Shown here: positions 1 through 38,099 of the stretch, piece by piece
How the letters are laid out: every line of letters begins with the position of its first letter
Position numbering within the stretch: position 1 is the stretch's first letter
Assembly: GCA_964247055.1 (NCBI GenBank)
Contig: OZ176051.1
Span: forward strand, 1,736,001-1,800,000
DNA from: Paragordius varius
Taxonomy: Eukaryota; Animalia; Nematomorpha
Reading direction: 5' to 3'
Length of the DNA: 64,000 nt
The notes under the pieces: model-generated
The model's database searches: none
Seen by the model: the letters and a program-made list of their open reading frames with translations, nothing else
What the model was told of the DNA's origin: nothing
Program-made: the position numbers and the translations under genes

Positions 1-290
1 AGAGCGGTTTATTTGTATTATTTTTCAATTTTACCATTGCACACATGTCACGTTGACTAAATTTTTACCTTTCGGTTTTAGCTTAAAATAAGTAATCAAA
101 TACTTTTGAATATTTTATATATTTTGGTTTATTAATGTTGTACAAGTGCAAAACTTTGCCATGGTTTAGATTCCTTTCATATTTTTAAAGAATTTAAAAA
201 CAGGCCTGGGGTATTTAACTACCCCTTGAATCGAAGGACTAAAATGAATGTGTTGTATCCAAGTGTTAAATAGAGTTTTCAGAAAACTGC
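1..290 (+). repeat. Partial copy of dispersed repeat family A (MITE/foldback-like arm)
   Basis: The string CATGTCACGTTGACTAAATTTTTACCTTTCGGTTTTAGCT...GTTGTATCCAAGTGTTAA recurs in the same orientation at ~38470-38705 and as reverse complement at ~39605-39890. Confidence 0.75.
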
Positions 291-669
291 TTCAAAGGTG
301 CAATTTTTTGGCTTTTAGATTACATGTAGAACTTGACTGAGGGGCCAATTTTAAAATTATGTTCGGCGCATACCATTGTACGGATTGACTCGAAATTCTA
401 AATTCTTTGATAATTTTGGTAAAAAGCTAACCTGTTGACGGATTCTAACCTTTGGAATTCATGCACTTTTGGCTCCAGTTTGACTGTCCCAAGCCCTTTT
501 AGCTATTTACCGTTTAAAGTTGATATTAAAAAATTCTTTTTATATAAATTTAGCCAAATGACTATTAATTTAAATAAAGCCCTATATCACCTTCTAGTCC
601 CTTTTGTTTTCACAAAATAGATTTATTTTTTTAATTTACATGCGTTCACTAGCTAGTTTGTAAAATAAT

Positions 670-2153
670 ATGACTCAATTTTTACCACCAAACTTATTAG
701 CTTTATTTGCTCCTCGTGAGCCAATCCCTTATTTACCCCCAAATGTAAAATTATCTCATGAAAAAAGAAAAATTCCTTATTCTGGGATTGCCACGTTTAC
801 CAAATTTTTTGAGGTATTTATAGTTATAATTGGTAGACTACTCCTGCCCCCCCACGAATCAAACAAGAAACAACGCTTGAAAGAAGGGAACGCAAGGTTT
901 AATCAATAATATAATATAAGCGTAAAGAAAAAGCAGAGCAAGTTGCATATCTTGTAGAACAAGGCATCGCTCTATGTATTAATTATATTTATTTTATAGG
1001 GAAACCGCATGAGGGTCATAGAAAAACGATGGATCCCTACAAAACATTGTTTGTTGCGCGAATAGTAAAAAGTTTTAAAATTTAGAATTATGACACATCC
1101 GAATCGAAAATAAAAAAAGAGTTTTCCGAATTTGGACCAATTAGAAAAGTTGTTAATAAATATTATTTACTAGCTTTACGTTATATATGAAAAAAATAGT
1201 GGGAAACCGCGCGGGTATGCTTTTATAGAATATGAACACGAACGTGATATGCATGGTAATTTTTATAATTATTTTAAATTGCTTAACATCTAATATTTTT
1301 TCAATTTCTTTCAATTATATATTTTAAATTGCCTAATATCTAATATATTTTTTTAAATGTCAGAGAGTTGAATTTGATATAACGTTACACAATGGCCTTG
1401 CTGCCCCATATACTTTGTATAATTTGTTAGGTAAGAGAGGTAAATAAAATATTATTTTATGGAATGCGCTAATGCATTTTAGGACAAGAAATTTCTTTAG
1501 TATTGTTCAAAAATATATGACAATTACATTAATTAAAAAGAAAAGTAAAAGGCTACTATGTTATATTATTAACCATATTTTTAATCCTTTTTATATACCT
1601 ATATGATTAAGGTAAAATGGGTAAATATAATTGGGTGTGTTTATATTTCAATTCTATATTTTGCAAGTTAAAATACCGCATATTAAAAAATTCATTGATT
1701 AAAAGTATGGTGTTTTTCATGAAAAAAACATATATGTCTGTTACTTTTTATTTTTGGTTTTAATTTTTGCAGTGCTTTATGGTTTTTGTTTTCCTTATTA
1801 GCCGCTTACAAAAGAGCAGACGGTCGCAAGATAGATGGAAGACGTGTTTTGGTGGATGTTGAACGTGGCCGTACTATAAAGGGTTGGTTACCTCGTAGAT
1901 TTGGTAATTCATTTATTGCTATAATAATTTTTTTTCTAAAACTTTTAGCTAACACTCTCTCATCTTGTTTTTAGGGGGTGGTTTAGGAAATTCAAGAAAA
2001 GGACCCAATGATGGCCCACCTGCTAATCCCATGTCTTCCGTTCGTCCTTCAAGCAGAGATCGAGCATCAGACAAGAAAAGAAATAGGTCTCGCTCTACTT
2101 CCCGGTACATATTTAAATAAACTTTTTTGTATTTAAGATTAACATGCCACGAA

Positions 2154-2184
<31 letters not shown>

Positions 2185-4354
2185 CATATTAAGGTTTAAA
2201 TTAAATTTTTACTTTTTCAAAAAAAATCAAAGACATAAAAAATTAAATTAATTAACTTAACAATTTTTAATCAATTAGCCAAGTAAAATTTATTAATTTA
2301 CATTTTTGTCATTTTTTTTCACAACATTCGCCTTTTGCCCTATTTGGATTCAGATTATATTTCAGGAAAAGAGTTTTTTTCTCGCAAGTAATTCCGATAG
2401 TTAAAAATACACTTTATTATTCTTTGTTTAAAATTTTTAACCTAATTTTTGTACACTGTGTGAAATTATTACCTGTTGCAGATATACATAAAATGTTGAC
2501 AACACAATATTTGACAAAACTCATGCATATGATGTTATAAATACACTAATTAAGCACAAAGTTATAGCCTAAATATATGATTTAGTAGGGTTTTTTTCTT
2601 AAACATGTTTATTAAACAATTAATGTTTTTTTTGCCATTCGAAAAAGAGTTTTATGTGGCACCGATTCTTTTAGTATATCAGAATGTTATAAGTGTAATT
2701 CGATTTAGAAATCGTAAGCCAGAAAAACGTCGCATTAGCCCCAGCCAAGTAAAGAAAGAGAAATTGGATGATCGTTCTGACCTGATGGCTCGCGTTAAGA
2801 AAGAAAAACGCTCTAAACGAAGTCGCAGCAAGGATAGAAAACGCGACAAAAAGGAAAGAAAGTACACAATTTTTATGTTTCAGAATTTTTGTTTTAATAG
2901 ATATCAAAATTAAGTTTTCGGTTTTGCTAATATCTTTTTTTAGGATATCCCATGAAAAATGCCTATGTCATTCGGATTTTTATAGTTCTGGAAAAAAATT
3001 GAGCGTTTTTATACTAATTTAAATTTCTATAGTTAACATTTTTGGGTTTTTTTGAGTTGGACTACGACAAGATTTTTATAATTTCAATTTTTAAGAAGTT
3101 AAATGTCTCAAACCAAAATTGGGTATATATTCTAAATCAAATTTATATTAATTACTGTTGATTTGTATCATATTTTTATAGGCTTTTATAAAATCATTAA
3201 ATTTTTTGTTAATATAAGCTTCGATTTCAACATTAAACCCCAAAAACCCACGATGGCTAGAAAAAAATTTAGTATGTTAAATTTTCAAATAAACATTAAT
3301 TTTAATCCAAAAAAAACGATTTCGATTAAAATTAGGAAAATCTTGCAGATAAATATTTTATAACATATTTCTCTCTTTAGTTTTTCATGACTCGAAATCT
3401 ATCTATTTCATGCTGGATATATAAAGTCTCATTAATTCGATTTGCGTTTATTAAGGCAAAACTTGTTATAAATAGCCTAAAATTATATAGCTAGGGTTTG
3501 TATAAAGATTCAGATCAAAAAATCGCATTTTTCTTTTAACATACTTTTAATGCGATTTTTTATGAAAATATATTATTTTTTTTAATTAAACCCGTTAAAA
3601 TATTAACATTTATATTTTTAGTAATAAAACTTATATATCAAAATAAAACTATAAAAATATTGTTTTTTATTTCTTCATTTTCATGTCATGTGTTTATGAG
3701 TGTATATAAATATTTTACTGTTTTATTTTGGAATCTTACATAAGCGGTAACTATAAAGTATGTGAATACAAAATAGGATTTACAATTATCAATCAAAAGT
3801 CCCTATTAATCCCAGTAAAATATTAATTTGTGTTAAAAACAAACCTGTCACAGGAATTTTTACACATTGTTGGTTGATATTCCACTACTTTTATTTCCTA
3901 TAATAACTTTTTAAACTTAATAATTCTCACTCATGAAAAATTCCAAAATAAAACAGTATTAATTTTTATACACTCATAAACCGGATGACAAAAAAATTCA
4001 AAAACAATATGTTTTAATTTTTATTTTGATATATAAGCTTCATTGAATAAAATATAAATGTTAAGATTTTAATAGTGAGTTTAGCTAATAAAAAATTAAA
4101 ATTATATAAGTAGGTTAAAAGATAAACGTGGTTTTTGATCTGAGTTGAGTTTTAATAAAAACTTTAACTTTCTGATTTTAGGCTATTCATAAATTGTAAA
4201 CATTTCCTAAAATGATAATAAACCATAATATCTCATTTATTATTATTTTTTTAATTATCATTTTCACTTTTTGCCCAATTTTGATTTTCTCTCTCAATAT
4301 TACAAACTAGGTAACAAAAAATTTTGTTAAAAAAATTAATCCCCTTTTATGCAC

Positions 4355-4411
<57 letters not shown>

Positions 4412-5532
4412 CATAACAAATTTCAAAATTTGGAAGTTTTTATAATAATATAAAATTAATAACATTGAGTTTATAATTTACACAAAACGTTTAAACATTT
4501 ATCTTCCAAATATTTAATGTATTATGCGCGAATTTAGCATTTTGGTTTTTGCCTGAAAATGGCACATTTTTTGAATTCACGATTTCATAAATTATACCAA
4601 TCTAAATTTTCATTGTTTTATAATATATTATTGAATTGGTAAGTTTAAAAAGAATATAATTTCAAAAACCTAACTTACCTAAAAAATTCAATACATTTTT
4701 CTTACTCGGTCATAATGATCATCAGTGCTTATCTATTTTACATTTATACTTTATACGATAAACCTTTATATAATCACTCTAATTGTTTAAAAAAACACAT
4801 TGTCCAATAGCTGCAAAAATTTAGAAATTTATATTCAATTTATATTTGTTTTCAACCAAATAACAGTAATCAACCTTTTTTATTCGTTAAATTAACTAAA
4901 ACTATTGAAATATATTTTAGGCACTTAAATGTTCGATATACATTTATATTAATCAAATCTTTGATTTTTATTGATTAATAGCTCTTAAATAATTTAAAAT
5001 TTGAAAAAAAATCTAATTAAATTAATGATTAGGGATTTATACCTGAGTGTTAAAATTCTAAAATAAAGTTATTTTTTTATTAAAGCAGTTATAATTAAAA
5101 ATAATTGGTTTGATTGTAAAAGCTAAGTCGTATTGGAAGTTGAGATTGGTTGAAAAAAGGTATATATATTACGATATAGCATAAAACAGGAACCCATTAA
5201 ATTGATTTTTTTATTATAAAATGGCCATTGTACGAGGGGAAGAGTCGTTATAAGGGGCAACTCACTGTATACTATTTTATGCCTTTGTTGTTAATAGACC
5301 TGATGTGGACGGAGAAGCCATGTTGAAAATGATGGCCATCAAAAAAGAGAAAGGAGACCGCGGTTACGAAAAATACGAAGATTCAAAACTTTCCCCCAAC
5401 GCAATCAAGCAAGAGCAACCCGATGAGAATGGTGGCGGAAATGGAAATCCCGAGTCTGATAGTCTTGAACGCTATTATTACAACACGGAAGAGACCATAC
5501 AGGAAAATGTGGTTCATAGTTCAACGCAGTGA
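670..5532 (+). CDS. snRNP70: U1 small nuclear ribonucleoprotein 70 kDa (10 exons, 362 aa)
   Basis: N-terminus [24 protein letters not shown]; RRM with [37 protein letters not shown] and [37 protein letters not shown]; R/S/K/D-rich tail. Exons 670-813, 837-896, 921-975, 1000-1064, 1086-1148, 1174-1255, 1802-1903, 1975-2104, 2709-2861, 5298-5532. All introns are GT-AG, phases are consistent, total 1089 nt. The last exon is assigned by phase and acceptor only. Confidence 0.95.
1364..1430 (+). other. Candidate poison (PTC-containing) cassette exon in snRNP70 intron 6
   Basis: T-rich tract and CAG acceptor (1361-1363); donors AG|GTAAGA (1431) and AG|GTAAAT (1440). Joined to the phase-1 upstream exon it reads GAG AGT TGA. 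Confidence 0.45.
2154..2181. repeat. (TA)n microsatellite
   Basis: Uninterrupted TA run in an snRNP70 intron. Confidence 0.95.
3460..4311. mobile_element. Family E long-TIR MITE-like element (partial left end) in the last snRNP70 intron
   Basis: Shares ATAAATAGCCTAAA..GGGTTTGTATA and the right end TTTGCCC(A/G)ATTTTGATTT...AAACTAGG with 11268-12084. Confidence 0.65.
4358..4408. repeat. (TA)n microsatellite
   Basis: About 50 nt of pure TA. Confidence 0.95.
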
Positions 5533-7976
5533 TATTCACGCACGCTCATACATCAAAAGGCAGAACTCATTAACATATTCGTTTATTTGTATAATCACAT
5601 TTACTAATTATTTGAAGTCAGTTGTGATGGCATTTTTGCTTCAAATGTATGTTATGTACATGTTCAATTTTAAAATAAATTGTGGATATTGGGTTCAATG
5701 ATTTTATCCTATATGACTATAAATTTGTTAATTTTCGCAAAAGCAAATATTAAAGATACTTATATGTCATATTCAAAGAATCAGAATTAATGGGTATTTC
5801 AAACGAACTGATGTAATATAGTGCAAGAATTTCAATCCGCATTTCGCAATGACCGCGTATTTGATCCTTCGACTTTATCATTAGATAGATGTTCTTGTCA
5901 AGGAACAGATCATAGTAGGGTGACTTAATATTTTCATTTATTATATCCTGCGTAATGTTGTTTCATGTTTTTCTTGGGCGGCCGACTCATTTTTTTTACT
6001 TAAATATATGTTTTATCCAATTATTATTGTTTAGTCTTGTATGTAAACGAGTCCATGGATTTGAAGGTTTTTGAGGTTGCTAATATAGTTTATCACTATA
6101 GGAGGCTGTTTTATTGAATGTACCTATCTTTTGTTACATATCGTTAAGCATGGTATCTTGGGTTTGGTAATTTTCCATGTTTCTCATCGTAGGTTATAGT
6201 GGAACTAATTGCGAACATGTATATTATTTTATATAAATCTATATGTTCAATTTATTTTTATGCGATTTTTAATGACTTTTATAAACGCCCTGAGCGCATG
6301 TAATGATTTTTAATCTTGAACATAATTTGTCCAACCAAGACATTAATACATTATTAAATCACACATTTTTCGAGAATGCGCGTCATTGTTTACCGAATCT
6401 TTTTATTGTGAGCCATGGAGATAAAGATAGTTTTTCCAGATATAAATTTTTGAATTCCCTTGTCCAGATTACTCGAGGTAAAAATGATAAAATAAATAGC
6501 CTCCTAGAGGCAAGTATTCACTTTTAAAATAATTTTATATAACTTTCTAGCACATTTTTACGGATATGGAATTCTGTCAGAATCTCTTTTTATCGAAACT
6601 CCAATTCTTTTTCTTAATGTTTTTCGAACCCCCTAACGCAAAAGGGGCGATGGTCGATTTTCGGCATAAAATTTGATTTCCATCAGATTTTTCATTTTTC
6701 TCAATTTTTTATCTTTTTTTACAATTTTCTTATGTGCGACATAATTATGTCTATATTTGAATTCGAACATTCCATTATGCTCCCATTGACGATCTCGTAA
6801 AATATTATCTCTTGATATTTATTTTCGAATTATTTTTTTAACTGAAGTGTCAGAACATTTCTTAGAAATTATATTGTTTTGTTTTTAATTAAAATTTTTA
6901 TTTTTTAGATCAGTGCAACACAAATGGTTTTATAAGCCGTTTTAATCCAAAAACCCGGCAGGTTTCACATTATAAAAAAAGTCTTGTGCAACATAAAATT
7001 AAATATAATAACAATTTGTTCGTTCAGAACAAATCGACCAGCACTTTATATTACTTTAGTTTATGCTTGGACAAATAAAATCAACCCACAGCTTTTGTTT
7101 TCCTCAATACACAATCTGGGTCGCATAGACTAAAAAATTTTCTTTCTTTGTTGGGTGACATATAGGCGCATACTGAAATTATTTATATCAAACCATTCTA
7201 AATTATATTTAAAGTCTCTATTTATACAATTTTCCGGCAGATAACTTAATATATTATGTGAATGTCTTTGGCTTGCATATATACCAGGATGATCCGGTCT
7301 TCTTTTTGACTTTGGATTAAAAAAACGGTTTTGGACAAAATAATTCCGGTTTCGATCCCAATCCCTTTTGGTCAAATGGTTGTTGGTTTTTTAATTTTCT
7401 GATACGTACTATTATACTATTAAATAAAATGCCCAAAAATATTAACATATACACTGCAAAATTTAATGTATGCATTTTCAGGTATAAATTTCCCTGATTC
7501 TAAAAATATAACAATATTAAGAAAGAAAGTTTACATTGCAATAAAAGTTAAAAGATTTATTTTTTTAGTTCGGTTTTAAAAACTGTTATGAAATTGTTTT
7601 CCAAAATTTTTTGAAACTGCCAATGGTCATAGTTCCGGTACCTAATATTTTTTTCAAACAAAAATATTTTTTAATTTTTTTTCACGGGCCACAGACAAAA
7701 TCTGCGGAGTCCGTGTGTTGGACACCCCTGTTTTAGATATTTTAATTTATTAAATTAATTAGACCATTTCAAAATTCATTCACAGGGCAAATGGTCTGTG
7801 CACCCCTAACCATTTTTAAAATATTAATATTTACAACCTCTCACAAGCCAAAAACGTAACTACTGCTCTAATTAAAATAGGCGGATTCAAAAAAATTTAA
7901 GTTTATTTGTAATCAATTATTTCGCAAATTTTCAACACAGACGATATTTTAATCGTTTTTGCTAAATCGTTTTTTT

Positions 7977-8997
7977 ATGGCAGACGATAATTGTAGTTTT
8001 ACGAAATCAACATTTGATTTATTTTTGGATAAATCATTAAAAAGTTAATTTAAAAAATAAATTTAGAGCCACAAATTGATTATGATGCGTACAAATCGTC
8101 ATTAATAACATTTGCAAACGAGTTGCTTATGAAAAGAAAATTTGTAGAAATTTTACAGAAAGATATCAAGATTTACAAAACAGAATTATCAGAATTGGAA
8201 AAGCAAAATGTAAGATAATTCTTACATTATAGTATGAAAATGAAAAAACCTACAAAATATATTTGGATAAAGAAATAAGGGCTAAAGATAACATTCCCAA
8301 GCAACTCTCTGCACGGATTGAAAAAATGGAGATAGAAAAAACGGAATTAATCATGCAAAATGATATGCTAAAAGAAGATTTGGTTAAAACCAATTTAAAA
8401 TTAAATGAGTTGCAAGTAATATAATTTTTATTTAGGTTAACCATGATAACAATCAATTATATATTATGGAAATGCAAAACAAGTTGCAAACTTACGAACA
8501 TTTTCGGCAAACTGTCGCAAGAGATATTACAAACACTGGGAATCAAATAAATGATGTGTATAATCAACTTAATATTATAAAAACCCAAAAAGAAAAAATT
8601 GAAAATCAAAGTATTAAGATATTTATGTAAAGTTACCAATTTCGTTCATGAGTTAACATTCATTTTCTCTCAAATAAAGTTATTGACAGAAAAATTGGAA
8701 GAAAAAAATAAAACAATTCTAAAATTGGAACAAAAAAACACATTTCTATCATCTAAAATCGTTGATTTAGACATAAAGTCAGATTTTAACACAGAAAAAT
8801 ATGATAATAAATTATTGGGGCTTAACACTGAAAGTATCAAAATAAGGGTAGAAAAGGAGCATTGGCAAAATTTTTTTTTGAAAGAAAGAAAAATTAATAA
8901 AGTAATCATCTTTTTTAACCTATAGAATTGGCAGCTTTTATTTATTAACCAACAAAAACTTAAAGAGGAAAAAAATTATATATCAAACACCCAATAA
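7977..8997 (+). CDS. Uncharacterised coiled-coil protein (6 exons, ~302 aa)
   Basis: Exons 7977-8043, 8067-8209, 8233-8415, 8436-8610, 8633-8901, 8926-8997, separated by GT-AG introns of 23, 23, 20, 22 and 24 nt. Splicing them gives one open frame of 909 nt from ATG to TAA. The protein is rich in E/K/Q/L/N with a heptad-like pattern (LQKDIKIYKTELSELEKQN; LTEKLEEKNKTILKLEQKN). No family recognised. Confidence 0.85.
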
Positions 8998-9145
8998 TAA
9001 ACTAATACTACATTTATTTATTGATATTTTGTATAAAATATTGCAGTATTTTCCCAAAAGATAAAATTATTAATGCACACAGGGTAGGTAGATTAGGTAG
9101 TTTGGAGAAAATCAGAAGACAAGACAGAGTATTAGAATGTATTGT

Positions 9146-10152
9146 TTACCACCATCCACCGCCTCCACCACCGCCCTTGCCTTTGCCTCCACCTCCTCCG
9201 CCTCCCCATCCCCCACGACTCCATCCTCCATCTTCATAACTGAACCCAGAGGAAAAGCCGCCGCCACCGCCACCTTTTCCCTTTCCACCTCCACCTCCCC
9301 AGCCTCCTCTTCGGCCACCACCACCACCACCCTTTCCTTTCCCGCCTCCGCCTCCCCATCCTCTGCGGGCACCGCCACTACCTTTGCCCTTTCCTCCTCC
9401 ACCTCCCCAACCACCACGACGGCCGCCTCCTTTTCCCTTTCCTCCGCCTCCACCACCCCAGCCGCCGCCACCTCCTCCTCCTGATTTCGTGTTGAATCCT
9501 CCTCCTCCACCACCACCTAAAACATAGAATAGTTTATAATTACTGATAAAGTTAGTAACCGAATTCATTGCTTATAAAAGCAGTCATTCATGCGAGCAAA
9601 ACAAAATATTCAATTCGTTTTAAAATTAATAACAATTAACAAAAATTTGATATTTTAAGTTTTATACCATCATTTTAGGTATATTTTTTCACGCAACATA
9701 ATTTGGAAAATTTTGACTGATTAGAAAAGCGATCACATTGCGCCTATAATTGCAATAACCGGCCGACCCATCCATAGTCAAAACTATTTAATATAAAATG
9801 GCTAGTCTGTTGCTAAAAGGTGTAAAATAGGGCGGAATGAATTAAGTGAGATAAAGTTTGACAAAATTTTATATATAACCGATTGTAAACGATGCCTATA
9901 AATTAAACCCTTTCCATTTGTTTTGAAATTTTATGAAATTATGAAATGTTACCTCCCCAACTTTTGCCAGAACTCCAAGGTGATCTTTTCACTCTTTCTA
10001 AATTTTCAACTGCATTCTCAGGGGAGAGTATGTTATTTTCCACCGGTATTACAAGATTCTGGAATATACAAAGGGCTAACGATGCCTATGATTATTTCAC
10101 ATAATTAATATACCCAACAGCCGAATCGTAAACAAGAGTAAAATTTCATCAT
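9146..10152 (-). CDS. Secreted glycine/lysine/tryptophan-rich protein (3 exons, 180 aa)
   Basis: Exons 10152-10114, 10085-9953 and 9516-9146 (introns of 28 and 436 nt, phases 0 and 1). Translation: MMKFYSCLRFGCWASLALCIFQNLVIPVENNILSPENAVENLERVKR/SPWSSGKSWGGGGGGGFNTKSGGG...(GGWGGGGGKGKGG)n...GGGWW*. It has a hydrophobic leader, an RxKR site and a repetitive mature region. Confidence 0.85.
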
Positions 10153-10762
10153 AAAAATTTATTTGAACTTTTAATTATGGGTTTATATAGTTTTGAAAAC
10201 ATTGCGTCCTTGATTTGTAAAAGGCAAGGTGTAACAGAGGGAATCAATTATTCACACACAATGGAAGAAAAACAGTATTATATAAAATTAATTGATTTCT
10301 TATTATAAAAAGAAAAAAAGGTATATTTAACCTTTAACCCCTCTCTTATCTTAAATTTTTATCATCATTGCCGAATTCGAAGAAATAACTTTTTACTTTT
10401 GTTAGCTTAACCTTCTTTCGCTTGATTTAAATTTCTTTTGTATAACATTGATCTTGAACGTGCATTACAAAAACAAACTTCACATTTCTAGTTTGTTTCC
10501 CCAACGACAAATTATATGACAATCATTACAATATAAGATATCAATGAGTTATTTATTATTCTTAATTTCGTATATTAATATATTAAAAATTAAATAAATG
10601 TACGTAAAATATACACAGTGACAATGTATGTAACTAAAAATATGCAATTAAGATAATTCAATCACAATAAAGAGGTTATTTTCATTACCTCATTAATAAA
10701 TATATGTCATTAATAAAATTGAAGTTGCATATGTGATATATGTTTGGAAATTGTGTAAACTT

Positions 10763-36309
<25,547 letters not shown>

Positions 36310-38099
36310 TTATCAAGACGGGAGTGATGGTTACAACTTAAGCGCATGCATTCGTTTCTTAAAATGTAGTTTACATATCCGTAAGGCATACAGATAATAG
36401 GGATATTTCAATAAATATATTTGAAAACAATAAAGCTTTTTAAATGTTGCAATTAAACTTGAACTATTATAAGTTGTTTTATAGATTTTCAAATAATATA
36501 AAATATAATTTTCACTTTTACAAGTTCCGAAGATGGATTAACACTTCATTATTTTTCATATTTTATAGAGGATTGGGGTACTTTTTTACTCCAGATATCA
36601 ATGTGATAAAAACTATTGTTGTGAAAGCCGTTTTAACACTAGTTAAACATTGTTCTCCGGATTTATCTAACACATGCAAAAAAATCCTGATGAAATACAT
36701 CTGCGCCCGAAAAGGTATAAAAATTATATTTGATAAATTTATATGTTCTGGTAGGAAAATGTAATTGGATTATTATGGTACTTTTGGTTTTGGCCCTTAG
36801 GGTGATAAAAAAGATATCATTTTCGGAGTTACTGCTCCATATCAGAAAATGACAAAATTGCGCACATTTTACTAAATAAATTTTTTTGGTGGGAGCTAGA
36901 GGGTTTATCTCAAGAAATATTAATAAAATATATCATAAATTATATAAAAAGCTAAGTGGTCCTAGATCCAAATTTTTTGCTCTTCTTAAGGCTAGTTTTA
37001 TTAACACTTCATTTAATTTTCACTTTTTTGTTCAAGTTTACATTTTGGGGTAGTTTTCTATTCCAGAGCTCTTAGTGACTATATTTTTGGAAGTTATTTT
37101 AATTAAAATTTATTTATCAAACACAGTTCTCATTAGATAAAAAATTTTATATTTTTTTTGTGATAAATTTGGGACACCAAAATACGATTGAAACGAACAG
37201 CTTAAAATCAAAATATATCAAGTTGTTGTCAAAATGTAGCCTGAAAGTTTTTTAATTATTTACAATTCTAACTATAATTCATAATCATTTGCTTGAAATA
37301 GCAAGGAGATGATAAATTTTACATTTTTTAATATTTTTGTATAATTTGCCTAAAAGACTAAAGAATGCATATTTTAAATTCGTCTTATACCTTAAATAGT
37401 TTTTAACATATTCGAATTTCATTGCCCTGCTTTATAAAACCACCTCCAAAAAATAATGGGTTGTTGAAATCAACGCACAGCTGGATTGCGAGATATTTTA
37501 TATGGTATTATTGACATTGAAAATTCCTACATAAATTAATATTTTGGATTCAATTTATCGCAAAATTTTGGCGAAGCGAGTCTTATGGTATTTTGAAGCG
37601 CGATAGTTGAAAACCTATATAATTTGATTAAAGTCATTGCTATCATCTCCGAATAAGTTTGCTTTTAAATTTGGGTCGATTTTTGTAAGATAGCACAATT
37701 TAGGTTACAAATAAAATTGAAAGCATTTATTAAAATTAGGTGATAAAAATCATCACCATCATTGAATCATATAGAAAAAGTGTTTTTAAATATCGTAAAC
37801 CTTTTATGTACTGTTATTACCATGCTTCGAAATATCATGGAATACGCTCCAACAATATTTTGCTAAAAATTAAATTTTAGAACAAAGTATGCTTATTCGA
37901 AAATATTTTTTACATGCCATAATGTGGCATACTGTACATTTTTGAGTTAATTTATAGAGAAACCGATTATAGAAGGGATAAAAAATAGGGAATTCCGCAA
38001 CCTACATCTAATTAAAATATAATAAAAATGCTTGCTTTTTATATGGAGTTTATATTTTAATGAAATCTTTTGGAATGAGGCAGTTAGCTTTCACAAAAA

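Noticed and set aside
6900-7400. Minus-strand ORF 7130-7375 and downstream Cys-containing broken frames (CETCRV), possibly a piggyBac-like C-terminus
   Set aside because: Similarity too weak; no TTAA-flanked TIRs or catalytic motifs found; left unassigned.
9021-9484. Plus-strand poly-proline and Ser/Thr/Ala-rich ORFs (9021-9239, 9137-9484) resembling extensin, minicollagen or mucin
   Set aside because: They are antisense shadows of the GGN-rich exon of the minus-strand Gly-rich gene, which has splice sites, a signal peptide and a coherent model.
9146-9568. Single-exon start MNSVTNFISNYKLFYVL for the Gly-rich ORF
   Set aside because: That segment is intron sequence ending in TTTTAG at 9517. 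The upstream exons give a phase-compatible signal peptide and furin site.
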